A DNA stretch of 41,866 bases from Reclinomonas americana ATCC 50394 (taxonomy: Eukaryota). The translations under genes were made by a program, and so were the position numbers. Each line of letters begins with the position of its first letter. The stretch's first letter is position 1. Of the stretch, positions 1 through 12,667 are shown in pieces. The notes under the pieces are model-generated. The model was not told the DNA's origin, made no database searches, and saw nothing but the letters and a program-made list of their open reading frames with translations. Location of the stretch: assembly GCA_048213135.1 (NCBI GenBank), contig PS015373.1, forward strand, positions 15,645-57,510, read 5' to 3'.

Positions 1-140
1 GTACGTACGACGTACGTACGACGTACGTACGTACGTACGTCGTACGTGGTACGGTAGGTGGTAGGTAGGTGTGTGTAGTGTGTGTGTAGTGTAGGTAGAG
101 AGAGAGAGAGAGAGAGAGAGAGGAGGGAGGGATAGAGGGA
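1..140. repeat. Low-complexity microsatellite mosaic (GTAC/GTAG/GT/AG)
   Basis: (GTAC)n grades into (GTAG), (GT) and (AG)n runs at the window start; may be partly low-quality assembly edge. Confidence 0.9.
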
Positions 141-147
141 GACTAAA

Positions 148-252
148 GTGATTGCAGTGTGATTGCAGAGTGATCGCATAGTGACAGACTGATTGCAGAC
201 TGATTGCAGAGTTTGCAAAGTGATTTCCTGAGTGGCTGCAGACTGATTGCAG
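148..252. repeat. Degenerate ~12-bp tandem repeat (consensus about GA[C/G]TGATTGCA)
   Basis: Repeated gtgattgcag / gactgattgcag units, about 8 imperfect copies. Confidence 0.75.
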
Positions 253-326
253 TGAGTGAGTGAGACGAGTGCCCTTCCTCTTAACCCTCCTCTCTCTCTC
301 TCTATCTGTCTCCTTCAGCTGCTGAG

Positions 327-1553
327 ATGGCGCACCGCTGGTGGCCATGGCTCATTCGTCGAGGGCGCGAATGGAGCGATTTCCTTCGGCGCCTGCAGCA
401 GTATCGAGAGGATGTGCAGTCGCGACTGGCGATGGTGTGGGCGCCGTTCAAGGTCGACTTGCTGGAGGAGTCGGTGCAAGAGTTTTTGCGGGCGGTGGGC
501 GATTCTGCGGACGAGGAGGAGGAGGAGGAGGATGCGCCGACGCTGTTGGTGCCGCTGGGGGCGTCGTATGTGACGCGACCGAATGTGGTGCGAGAGGGGC
601 CGGCGATTCCCGAGGTTTGTGAGCGATGCAAGGGGGGAGGAGGGAGGGAAAGGGATCGCACCAACTTGTTCTTGAACGCGCACCTCTTGTGCTTGTCTCT
701 GAATTTCTTCAGAATTGTCTCCGAGATTAGCCACGCTTTGTATTCATGTCGAGATGAGGGACCTGTCAGCATTGTTTCTGCAGTGAGATAAGATGTCAAG
801 ATATGGGGCGTTGCTCGAACTCTTGACTGATAGTCTGTTGCTCAGCGACAAGGGTACACGCAGAGGAGGCTTCTTAATTGTCTCTTCTGTCTCTTTCTTG
901 CAGCAAGTTGTATGTTGAGAGCGCTCTTCTCTCGCCCCCATCCTTTGAACCTTCCCCTCACAGAGATGGCGTTTCGGCGGCCCTCCACACTTCCCCGCCA
1001 TCGACGACGCCGAGGCGGCGTTGCGTGACGACACGATCGCGCGATCGCTCGACTACTCGTACCAAGTCGATGCGGCACGACGAGCCCCGTGGAAATCGCG
1101 CTTCGTGCTGGACGATGGTGCGTGTCCACACTGCTCTTCTCCCCATCGCGCACACGGCATCGCTCACCATTACAACAGCGCGTGAGGGCGATGAAAAGCT
1201 GTCCGTGCCCAACAACGGATTCGCCGACGATCCCGGTTCGCTGCCGCTCGCTCGCTCACTTCCCAGTCTCACTCTTCACTCACTCTCCGCGCAGAGGAGG
1301 TCCCAGACGAGTTCACACCGCACCCGCTCGACTCGTTCGTGCGCCAGATCGACGCACTGCCGCAGCACCGCATCTCCACAGCCGGTCGCGCCGATCGCAG
1401 CGCGTGGATCCTCGGCGAGGTCGAACGCGACAGGTTTGAGGCAAGACGGAGACAGAGAGGAGAATAGCGATCGAATGCTCACTTCCTTTTGTGTGCCACA
1501 GGAGCGCGTTGGTCCGCCGAGCCCTGCAACACGCCGGACTCGAGCCGCAATAG
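327..1553 (+). CDS. Hypothetical multi-exon protein
   Basis: Exon-like segments MAHRWWPWL...GPAIPE, WRFGGPPHFPAIDDAEAALRDD..., AREGDEKLSVPNNGFADDP, EEVPDEFTPHPLDSFVRQ...ERDR and SALVRRALQHAGLEPQ* (TAG 1551-1553), with phase-compatible GT-AG introns in the 3' part. The 5' exon structure is uncertain and no family is recognised. Confidence 0.55.
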
Positions 1554-1855
1554 ATACTGGCGGGAAGAAACCGACTTGTCGGCAAACGTCGCCTCAACAG
1601 CGCGAAGGAAACAGCGACGGAAAGTCGCAAAAAAAGCGCAAGGTGCTGTTCCACGCGAAGACGACGTGAGATTGGAGGCCACTTTTGTTCAGTGCAAATT
1701 CTTCATGGCAAACCCCCTTCTGTCATGTCCTTTCACGGTGATTTTTCCTAGAGGGGGGCACGCAGTCAGAATGAGGTTCGCCACAGGCAACGACACCCCA
1801 AGCAAATAATGAGAAGGGGTGCAGTACCCCTAGAAGATGAAATTTCAGATACATG

Positions 1856-1899
<44 letters not shown>

Positions 1900-1915
1900 T
1901 AGATAGATAGAGAGA
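1856..1915. repeat. (CA)n(GA)n(GATA)n compound microsatellite
   Basis: Directly visible. Confidence 0.95.
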
Positions 1916-2473
1916 TTCCTTCCCGCCTCTCCTCTGATCCCCAAGCTCACCTTTCACCTGCAGGTACAAATCGGCACACNNNNNNNNNNNNNNNNNNNNN
2001 NNNNNNNNNNNNNNNNNNNNNNNNNNNNNNNNNNNNNNNNNNNNNNNNNNNNNNNNNNNNNNNNNNNNNNNNNNNNNNNNNNNNNNNNNNNNNNNNNNNN
2101 NNNNNNNNNNNNNNNNNNNNNNNNNNNNNNNNNNNNNNNNNNNNNNNNNNNNNNNNNNNNNNNNNNNNNNNNNNNNNNNNNNNNNNNNNNNNNNNNNNNN
2201 NNNNNNNNNNNNNNNNNNNNNNNNNNNNNNNNNNNNNNNNNNNNNNNNNNNNNNNNNNNNNNNNNNNNNNNNNNNNNNNNNNNNNNNNNNNNNNNNNNNN
2301 NNNNNNNNNNNNNNNNNNNNNNNNNNNNNNNNNNNNNNNNNNNNNNNNNNNNNNNNNNNNNNNNNNNNNNNNNNNNNNNNNNNNNNNNNNNNNNNNNNNN
2401 NNNNNNNNNNNNNNNNNNNNNNNNNNNNNNNNNNNNNNNNNNNNNNNNNNNNNNNNNNNNNNNNNNNNNNNNN

Positions 2474-4029
2474 GGCCTCGACAACGACTCCGGCACTCCC
2501 TTCCTCTACACAGAAGCTGTCGAAAGGTGGTCTCGGTCTGTACTCGGTGGTGGAGCGAGCGGCCTCTCTGTTGATCATCAACTCGGCGGTGAAGCTGCTG
2601 ACACACTGCCGACCGCTGACTCGTCGCCGTGTGGCGGAGCGCGCATGCTCCACTGCTCGGTGAAGGCGGCCGGTGGTTGTGTCGACGATTTCTCGCCGCT
2701 GCCGACTGCTGGTTTGGTGGCCAAGTACCCACAGACGAACGAGGTCACAGACGTCAATCGCCAGCAGCTGCCAGTTGCCACGCCGCAGCGGTATTTCTCT
2801 GTGTTGTTGTCTCCTGTTGTTCCCCAGGCTGGTGCTGCTGTGGCTGCTCTTGGTGCAGGTGCTCGCTTCCAAGTGGCCACTGATCCGCATGCCCCTCACC
2901 GCGCTGTTCACTCTAATCTGATGAGTGCTGCTCTCGGGCACGCTCTGAAGTTGGGCGTCAGTGTGGAAGTGCATCCGGCTACTGCTCCGATGGTGGTCGG
3001 ACAGCACTTGGCTGACGGTGGTGTTGTGTTTCCCTTTGCCTCTCGCTTCTTGCCTGCGATGTCACACTTCTACTCCAAGCGCCACATTGCTGGCTGGAAG
3101 GACTTGCGGAAGTGTGGTGCTTTCGTCGACTCCATGACGTGGTGGCTCAGGGCAACGGCATCAGCGAGAAGGAGCAGCGCTCCTTGTGCAAGATGCGAAC
3201 CAACTCCGTCGCGCTCAACAACAAGGTGGCGGTCATCAGCGGCAACCCGGGTGGCCCTGCCTCGCTGTGCCCGCTCTGTGGCAAGGAGTCGGAGTCGCTC
3301 GGACACTTGCTCAACGGCTGTGAAAAGCTGCAGGGCTTGTGGACGACGCGCCACGACAACGTGCTCGACGTTCTCCAAGCGGTTTTGGTGCGGTGCCCCA
3401 AGGTGGACGGTGTGGCGTGCCAGCTGCTGCGCGAGCGTGTCGATGCCGACCTGCTGCCAGCGCCGGCGGACATTGCCAACCACGCCAACTTGGCCAGGCT
3501 CAAGCCGGACCTCACCCATCTGGATTATACCAGAGAGGGGACCGGTGAGATCTGCTCGGTCCAGGTGGTGGAGTTCGCCAACGAAGACTCGGTCAAGTCT
3601 GCTGTCAACGGCAAGAAGGCCAAGTACGAGTCGTTGGTCAAGGCCATCAAGCAGAAGGTCGGCGATCAGGCCAAGGTCGAGCTGGTGGTGCTCCCTGTGA
3701 CCTCGATTGGCACGGCCTCGGCCTTGGTGTCGACTGGCCTCCGTCGTCTCGGCGTGCGCAACGTACGACAGTGCATCTCTCGCCTTTGCACGACAAGCTT
3801 ACGTACAAGTTACTCGATGTTTGTCCAGCGCTGCAAGGGTACCCGGGTGTGCATGGTGGCGCAAGGTCATTCGGTCGGCAATGTGCGTGCATGCAGTCAT
3901 GCACTGTCGGCTCGTGCGACTTTGCCAGATGTGCAGTCTGCAGTGCATACTGGCTGGCACCACCGCGTTTCCGGTGTCAAGACACTTTCCGTTCAGCACC
4001 ACCAGCTTGGAGCGCTGCAGCGCACTTGA
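2474..4029 (+). mobile_element. 3' part of an RLE-clade (R2/NeSL/CRE-like) non-LTR retrotransposon, frameshifted
   Basis: RT thumb-like FLY..KLSKGGLGL (about 2500-2540), W..L..CG...WWL, KMRTN, CCHC knuckle CPLCGKESESLGHLLNGC, RHD motif, restriction-like endonuclease KPDL...VEF...KKAKYESL. No introns. Frameshifts near 2510, 2640 and 3150. The RT core would lie in or beyond the gap 1980-2473. Confidence 0.9.
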
Positions 4030-4220
4030 CCGCAGCATGCATATATGAATTGCTCAGTGTATTCGTCCCTTTATTCCTACCTGCTTAAGCTACACATTTC
4101 ACGTGCGGTGCTACCACCACTTGACAGACTGATTCGCAGTTTGAAGCTTGGATGCGTGCGTTTCGCATTGAACACTACTGACTTTACAATTTACGTCATC
4201 AAACACATCATTTGGTGACG

Positions 4221-7200
4221 ATGAGCGCAAGTGCCAGCGCCGCTGGCTTAGGTTCGAGTGACCCTTCTGTGCATGAGGATGAGCTCGAGTATGAGCATGC
4301 GGTGCCTGTCGATCACGATCGCGAGGATGGCCTTGGCTCGTCATCGTCCACTCATCTGCGGCGCATGCTCGAGTTTATCGACTCCATCACCGAGTCCAAC
4401 CTCGTCCAGTCAGTGGTACATGGCTTGCTCGTCGCACTCGCACGCGCCGAGGAAGGCGCTCAAGACGTCTCGTGCGAGGCCATTCTGAGAGAAACGGTGT
4501 GTGCATCCTGGAACACGATGCGCATGCCCTATATATGTCACAAATTCCACCTCTCACTCACACCGTCGCCGCGCGCGGGTGCCACGACACGCACGCACAG
4601 CGCTCCATCCTCCAGAGCATGATCACCGCAACCTGGAGTGATGGAGGCTACTACTGTCCGGCCGACGCCGGTCGCAACATGATCGACGTCGAGCAACGTG
4701 TTTCATTTTATGAAACATTCATCGTGGACATGGTCACCAGTTGTGTACACGCACACGCACGTGCACGCACCCGTGTCTGTAAGAAGCCCACATGCACGCG
4801 CGTACACGTTCTACACCCACTTCTTGTGTGACGCGTAATGTGTAATGCGTGCTGTGTAGACTCAAATGACTCACACCACTACTCGCTCTTTCTCCACAGA
4901 ACTGTATGAGCGTCGTCAATCAATGCACGGCGCCTCTGGCAGTGCAGCTCGCGGCACTGCTCACTGGCTGCATTCATTCGGGGCGTCTACGACGCAGGAC
5001 GATTATCGCCTGTTCATTCCTCTTTTCGGATCAAGTCTCACTCTCTCGCACGAGAGATCAACGAGCGACCGGGAGATGACGCCAGCGCGGACGAAACAAC
5101 TGATCGAGCTGTCTCTCATCACCTGCCACTTCCTCGCTGCAGACAGGTATCTAGGTTATCGGTTCTGCATACAGGCGCGCGTGTACAAATTCTCTCTTGC
5201 TCATCACATTACTTCTGTTTGGCAGTAACACCGACAAGCCAGAGCACGATCTGGATGGCATCTTGTACAACTTGACGACGTTGCGCGGCGCGTTTGAGGA
5301 ATTCGGCCGCACGAGCCGAGGGAACGATCGCGAGCTGGCGGCAATGCGAATCGACTTCGGCGGTGAATGCATCGAGGAGTTGGTGGAGCTCGCAGTGCAG
5401 GCATCCTCACCAGTGCGCCTCCTTGCTGTGGTGCTGATGCACGACTTCGTGATGCGCGAGATGCTCGGCGAGATGAAGCGCGCGGCGAAATCCAAGAACC
5501 CCGCAGCTGTACCTCTTGATCTTTGGAGCAGGCCGGTGGAGCTGAAAAGACTGAAGGACGCGGCGCGCTGTCTGGCTGCTGGCGTGTCTGCCGTCATTGA
5601 GGATCTGACTCGGTACTCGTACGCCAGGTAAGCACACACACACGCGCTTTCTTTTGTTATGCACTTGCACTTCCTTGGACTGAGTTGGCCGTCACATGCA
5701 CAACAGACTGCACAACTTGCCAACTGTGACGTGGCAACGTGCGCGGGTGCAGCGACTGAGGGTGAAAGAGAAGCTTTCACGCACGGGTGGGAATTGCAGG
5801 TGCGTACGTTATGGACGCTACCTGCGCCGAGTGCGTGCGTACCGGCGGGCCAAAGCAATTCTCACAACTTTTGTGCGTCGCAGTCGGCATTCTGCGGAGC
5901 ACTGCGGGCGTGGTGCACCACCGTCAACAGCAGTCAAGCTCGAGGTGCAACCAAAAGATGGGTGTACGCACAAGTTCGAGGCGCTGCGACGACACAAAAA
6001 CGGCGAGATCTCCAATTTGTATACGCTGTTCGATGCTCAAATGCAGACTCCGCCTCCGCTGGCATCAGTGGTCGCGCGCGCTGCTGAGGCAGAGGCAGGT
6101 CCGGGTGTTCCCACTCTGCGTGCATTCCCCAACACTGATCATGGCAGGTAAGCATGCAATCGCTACTACAGCTGTGGATACAGCTCACTCGTGCAAGAAG
6201 TTGCTCATTCACTCGAGAAACAAACTGCAGGCGCCAGCACGGACACGATTCGGCGACACATGCGTCAGCAAAACACCTGAGAGACCACGAGTTGCTGCAG
6301 CAAGTTCGACGCGCGGCTTGTGAACGTGCTGCATCGCAGAGTGGCGCAGCTAGCGCTGCTGCAGGTGGGGGGGGGGCGGGATCGCCATCAGAATCCCTGA
6401 TGAGAGCACCCCCACTCGCAAGAAGAAGCGTGCAAAGTCGTCGCCGGAGGCCAAGACGGTATTCGTATGTCTGCCGGCTGTTGTGCGTGTGCACATCAAG
6501 GAAAACACTCACGCGATATTGCTGTGTGCATGATCGATCGGTGCGACGCAGGCAAAGAAGGCGCCGAGCACAGCTGCTGCGCCACAGCCGGCGGAGGTCG
6601 ACGGTCTGCAGAGTCCGCAGCACGATGCACCTGCTCGACGAACTGGTGGTACTCGGAGGGGAACAAGGGGAAAGCGCAGACCCATCCACCACTCTGTCGC
6701 TTCTGGTACCACCGGGCCGGCCGAGCGCGACCACGCGGTGAGTTGTCTCGATCTCTGTCCCTTTGTGTGACTGTCGTCTCTCACACTGAATCGATACCAC
6801 ATCAGCCGGCACCGATGGACACATCGTCGACTGGCGTTGTCTCCAACAGCAGTGGCGGCGGTCACGATGACGGCGGAGAAAGCGCTGGTGGAGCAGCCGC
6901 TGCTGCAAACGAGGAGGAGCAGTTTCACTTTGCTTTTGATCGCGATGACGACGACTCCGACAGCAGTGAAGATATCGATGATGAGGATTCTGACTGCGCT
7001 GATGCTGGTGCAACCACCGAGAAATTGGTGCTCACGGTGCGTCAAAACGGTCGACGACGACTTTGTGCGAAAGTGGTTGTAGATCATCAATTGACTGTTG
7101 TTGTGCGTGGCGCAGGACGGGAGAGTGACCATACCTGGACGGGCATTCAACGATTGCCAGCACGCCGGCCTTGTCGCCTGTACCTTTTTCCGACTTGTGA

Positions 7201-10200
7201 ACATGGTATTTCGAGTGGGTGAGGTGTTCACTGCCGAGGGCAGCGCTGGTGGAGCTGCTGCAACTCGTACTATTATAGACGCAGCCGAAACAATTCCCGG
7301 TCAGCTGCTTCTTGATGACACAAACGCTGCTGCTTTACGCAGCTGGTGTGATGTGCGTCACTGGACTTCTTTTGTAGTCGCCAGTTGGCATGAGTCTGAC
7401 AAAGTATTCTTCTCTGCTTGCAGGAGGCGCGCAAGTTGTTGGAGCCACAGCGGACGAGATCATCTGCACCCGTGCCCATTGATAGTGGTTCTGATCCACC
7501 CGTGGCCACTTCTAGTTCAGCACCCACTGGAGCACCCGCCGCAGCACCCGTGGCAACTGCAGGGGGACAACCAGGAGATGTGCAACGGGTGCATCAGCAC
7601 GGCAAGTTTACTAGTAACCACGTAGTCGTGGCGGCGCGCATCGCCAACGAGAGCCAACGGACGATCTGTGGATTTTGGAGGAATGCCTGTACCTTCTTCT
7701 CACTCTTGGGACATTGCGCTGGACGCATTACTGCTGCGACAAAGGCCCTCATCGCCTGCGTTGCTCTTCTCTCCCGGTCTAGGGACGGGGCGAGACGGGA
7801 ACTCGTATTGTCGGCACGCACCTGCACAGGAGGAGCCGAGCGGGGAAGGTGATTGTGAGCGAGCAACCAGCGCGCGTTCTCGTCCTCTCGTGCCACTCTT
7901 GTGTGACTCTGTGTCTCGGCCGACGGTCAACGCGTCACTCAACACTCCATTTAATGCATCTTCCCTTCGCAGGTTACGTGTGTTTCCGACCACGTTGAAA
8001 ACCATTGCTGCAAGACGGTACCGACTGCGTCAAGGAGCTGCCAAGGGTGCGAAGACGACTGCAAAGAACAGAGACGCGGCAAAGGAGAAGGCGGAGGCTG
8101 CTGGAGCAAGTCACACTGCGAAAAAGTTACGTACGCGCGCCTCCGTGCGTGTGTGCATGCACGAAGGCTGAATGTGCCGACGCCTCTTTTGTCAGCAGAA
8201 AAGGGACGGGGATCTCCAAATTCCGCGCCTCCTCAAGGAAGAAATGCGTGTGGATTCAAGTGGACGATGTCAACATGGGAGATGCGTTCTCTGTCAACTT
8301 CCGGCAGTTCAAGGCCAACAGCAAGAGTGGTGCCGCTGCGGCAAACAGGGAGAACACTGAACCGGCTGTGACGTTGCGTGCGCTCTGACTCTGTTCTTCT
8401 CGTACGCGGGCTGCACATCATCCCTTGGGTGCATTCTCACTCGTTCAGTTGTAATTGTTTTCCTTCTTGCTGCATACCGCAGTGTCAACGTTGGCACTTT
8501 TGACATCGTTGGAGACGAAAATGCCGCTGCGCTCCTCGCCCCGACACGTTCACGCTACGTGCGGGTATTCCTTGATCACGATGATGCCACGGGCAGTACA
8601 AGGTTAGCAATATTAATTGGTTATCATGCACGGGTGAGTTAATGATCTTGTTGACGTGACACGCTCTCATCTCCCTCTCTGTTCTAGAATCACACATGCC
8701 CGGCTGGAAGGAATTCGCACGTACAAGTGTGGCCTCACCGCACCATCACTCGCGTTGGCACACGCTGCTTCGCGCAAGGCAAGCCGCCAGTACTCGCGCG
8801 GCAATTGCGTTGTACGCTGTCGCCCGCGTGTCACCTTGTTGGCCCGCACGAAACACACTGTTGAAATTCAAGCCGATTCTGATACTCTGCAATCTATGTG
8901 GATGGATTTGCAGGTGAGTGTGTGTTCCAGTTGAGATGCAAACAACATACCACTGACACGCGCGTACGAACGCTCGTTCTCGTCGTGCATGCACTGATCA
9001 TCATGCGCGTGATGTGTGTAGACGATTGAGGAGCATTTCGCATCGCTTTCGATCGCATCCACGTCCATTACCGAGACTGTGACGTTCTTGAATCGACTCT
9101 GCGTGCGGNNNNNNNNNNNNNNNNNNNNNNNNNNNNNNNNNNNNNNNNNNNNNNNNNNNNNNNNNNNNNNNNNNNNNNNNNNNNNNNNNNNNNNNNNNNN
9201 NNNNNNNNNNNNNNNNNNNNNNNNNNNNNNNNNNNNNNNNNNNNNNNNNNNNNNNNNNNNNNNNNNNNNNNNNNNNNNNNNNNNNNNNNNNNNNNNNNNN
9301 NNNNNNNNNNNNNNNNNNNNNNNATTGAGACAATGCGTGGAAGCAAGAAGCGAGAGGTGTACTCGGCCGGCCTTGCGGCAGTTGAAACCATTCTGGCAGG
9401 AGTGGTGGGCACGCACCAAGATGCCGGTGCCGGCCCATCAACAACTGCTGCCGCCGGTGCAAGTCAGCAGCATCACGAGCTTGCCCTGGGTCTCGCTTCG
9501 AGCGTCGCAGCAGGCCGTAGATTTGTTCGCGAGTTGCAGCCACTTCTACTGGCTGCGGCGGCACCACCACCACCACCACCACCACCACCACCACCACCAC
9601 CACCACCACCACCACCACCTTTAGTGCCACCTCTGACAGCGCCCGTCATCGTTGTCGGCGACGGCAACAGTGGTGCACCTGACCATGACATGGATCCAGC
9701 GCTATCAGCAGCATGTGCTGCTGCGCAACAAGCTCTCGCTGTCGGTACGAGCATGACGACGCACATGGACGAAGACACAGTCGAAGCTGTGCGTGTCGAG
9801 ACTGGTGAGAACTTGCTGTAAGGATCGTGTTGATATCGCAATGTGCTGACTGCAATATCTCATGCGATCAAACTACTGTGCGCAGATGCAGATGGTGGTG
9901 ACCGTGAGCAAGACGATGCATATGGTAATCGCGNNNNNNNNNNNNNNNNNNNNNNNNNNNNNNNNNNNNNNNNNNNNNNNNNNNNNNNNNNNNNNNNNNN
10001 NNNNNNNNNNNNNNNNNNNNNNNNNNNNNNNNNNNNNNNNNNNNNNNNNNNNNNNNNNNNNNNNNNNNNNNNNNNNNNNNNNNNNNNNNNNNNNNNNNNN
10101 NNNNNNNNNNNNNNNNNNNNNNNNNNNNNNNNNNNNNNNNNNNNNNNNNNNNNNNNNNNNNNNNNNNNNNNNNNNNNNNNNNNNNNNNNNNNNNNNNNNN

Positions 10201-12629
10201 NNNNNNNNNNNNNNNNNNNNNNNNNNNNNNNNNNNNNNNNNNNNNNNNNNNNNNNNNNNNNNNNNNNNNNNNNNNNNNNNNNNNNNNNNNNNNNNNNNNN
10301 NNNNNNNNNNNNNNNNNNNNNNNNNNNNGCAGCAAGTGACGGCAAGAAGAACGGCAAGAAGAGGGGCAAACGGGGCCCCGGCAAGAGCCGAAAACAAGCA
10401 CAACAGGAGGTGGACGGTGTGCAATCATCCATCTTTCATTGCGTCGTTGCAAAACGTGTTGTCGAAAGCAGCAACTGATATTATTGTGTACTGCGCAACA
10501 CACAGACACGATTGAATACCATATCACTGGAGCAGTTTGTCAGGCCATCAACCTCATCGGCCAAGCGCCCGGCGTGGACATCGACAGTGAATGCGCACGT
10601 ATTGCAGATGCTCTTCTCTCCGAAATCGATCGAGCCCGTGGACTGGAGGAGGGCATGGCCGACGATGACGGGCGTGAGCAGGAGGGTCGCCAACTTGTGC
10701 AACTCCGACTCGACCGTGCCTCAAGTGCTCTGCTGACTGTCGTCGCCGCGTTCAACAAAGTGTCATTGTCACTCGTGGCATTGTGCCACATAATGCATGG
10801 TGTGCATGTAGCTGGCGTGTGTTTATCTGTCTTGTTGATGTCGTGTGAGCTGACGGTGCGTGCTTGTGCTTGTGCTTTTGCGTGCGGCTTTCAGCGCTGA
10901 GAACCGGCGGCGAGTGGCACTCGCGATCGTACACAGCTGATGGGCATGAAGTGCAGACGCTTGGGGACGACCGCGTCAATCGCTATCTCCGATCTGCAGC
11001 TTGTGTTCTTGACAGTGCACAGGCAGAATTAGGTAAGTTGGCATTGAGACGCGTCGACACAATCCTCCTACCGCACGGATATTATTGCTCACCACCATTT
11101 TCCTCATCACCAATGCACAGAGTCTGCCATCGGCAGTCTCAAATACCGATGCAAGCAAAAGCTCGCCAACAACCGCGACATGGAGATGGGGGAAGACAAG
11201 GCTACCACCAACAACGACGACGGCGACCACACCAATGGCCAGGACGATCGCAACGAAGGAGACATGGCTGCGGAAGTTGATCCAGAAACAGCAGCAGCGA
11301 GTGCAGATCAAGAGGCGGCTGATCGATATCGCATCGCGCTGCTTGAAGCAGATGCCGCATCCATGCTGATGCAGGTGCAGGCAGAGGAGCCAGAGGAGTC
11401 GGACGCCACCGCTGATGAACAAGACAACGAGCCTGAAGAAGATGGTGAGCTGACGCATGTTGATTACTCGCAGCTAATCGCCTCTGCTGTGATCTGACAC
11501 GATGATGATGGTTGGTGTATATATGCAGCTGCTCCCATTGGTACATTGTACACCAGTCAAATGCAGCACATCACCATGGGCGAGGTTTTGCGAAAGGCTA
11601 CTCGTCCGTTGTTGCAGTCTTTTGTGAGTGACTGCGTCGCACGGATGTGCGTGCGGGATGCCGAAGACGAAGGACAAAAATCGGTGCAGGCTGAGCTCTT
11701 TTCAACATTCACCGCGGTTGCCCGAGACGCTGCGAGGCTGTTGATGTCGCGAAAAATGTCGACTGCACCTGATGCGCGAGCGGTGTTCCTGGCAGACGCA
11801 GTTCTCAAGGCTGTCAGCAACACAATCGCTCGTGCCGACCCCGATGGTGAAACGCGTCCGAATGGTGTTGATCGAGACGGCGACGACGATGGCTGTGATG
11901 ACGATCTACATTCGGGTGTTGATGTTGAGGCCGATGGTGGTGGTGGTACGCAACAACAATATCAACAACAACAACATGCTTCCCAATCAAGTGCCGGCAC
12001 TGCTGCGGGGAGTGGTGGTGAGGACGAGCACATCATGGACGTGGATGGTGTCATGGCCAGTGCAACCGGATCTGGTGCTGTGCTCCAGTCGGCGTCGGAT
12101 GCACGAACGCCCACTGCGATGCAAGTTGATGGCAGTAGCAGCAGCGCCCACAACAATGCAGACAAGACAGCACTGTCGAAACCGGTGCGACTTGCCGCGA
12201 AGCGATGTGCGTATGATGGGCAGCGAGTTCCTAACTATCACTCTTGCAGTCGATCTACATCTTTCCTCTTGTACATCTACAGACAGTGCTGTTCTTCTTT
12301 GGTCTACTAGAAGCAGCTGTTCTAGGGTTTTATGTGTCTTGCACGAGTCCACCACGTTTGTACTGTATTGGCATTGGTGTTGGTGCTGTTCAGTGTTGTG
12401 CGCGTGCATGTGCTATCATTTGTGCAGCATGCTGTACAACGTGGTATTTACTTCGTTTCGTGGTGGTTGTTGTTGGGTTTGTTGTTGTTACTGTTGTTGT
12501 TGTTGTTGTTGTTTCTATTGCTGTTGGTAGTGTCGGTGCACCACTGCGAAAGTATGTTAATTAATACCGTTGGGGTTTTTTCATCTGTTGACAGTGCGTT
12601 GGTGGTACTATGGTCCGGTGGTGGTGCTC

Positions 12630-12667
<38 letters not shown>

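Noticed and set aside
148-252. Possible CRISPR-like array
   Set aside because: Units are adjacent, short and degenerate, with no unique spacers.
536-600. LLVPLGASYV similar to prefoldin-alpha/URI
   Set aside because: Only a short motif; the second hairpin and coiled coil are not evident.
1766-2732. ORFs spanning N runs (also at 9109-9323, 9934-10328, 20441-20593, 34286-34540, 39468-39585)
   Set aside because: Open only because Ns contain no stops. Gap lengths are unreliable; for example, the 118-N gap must hold the ends of both the HECT and EMC4 genes.
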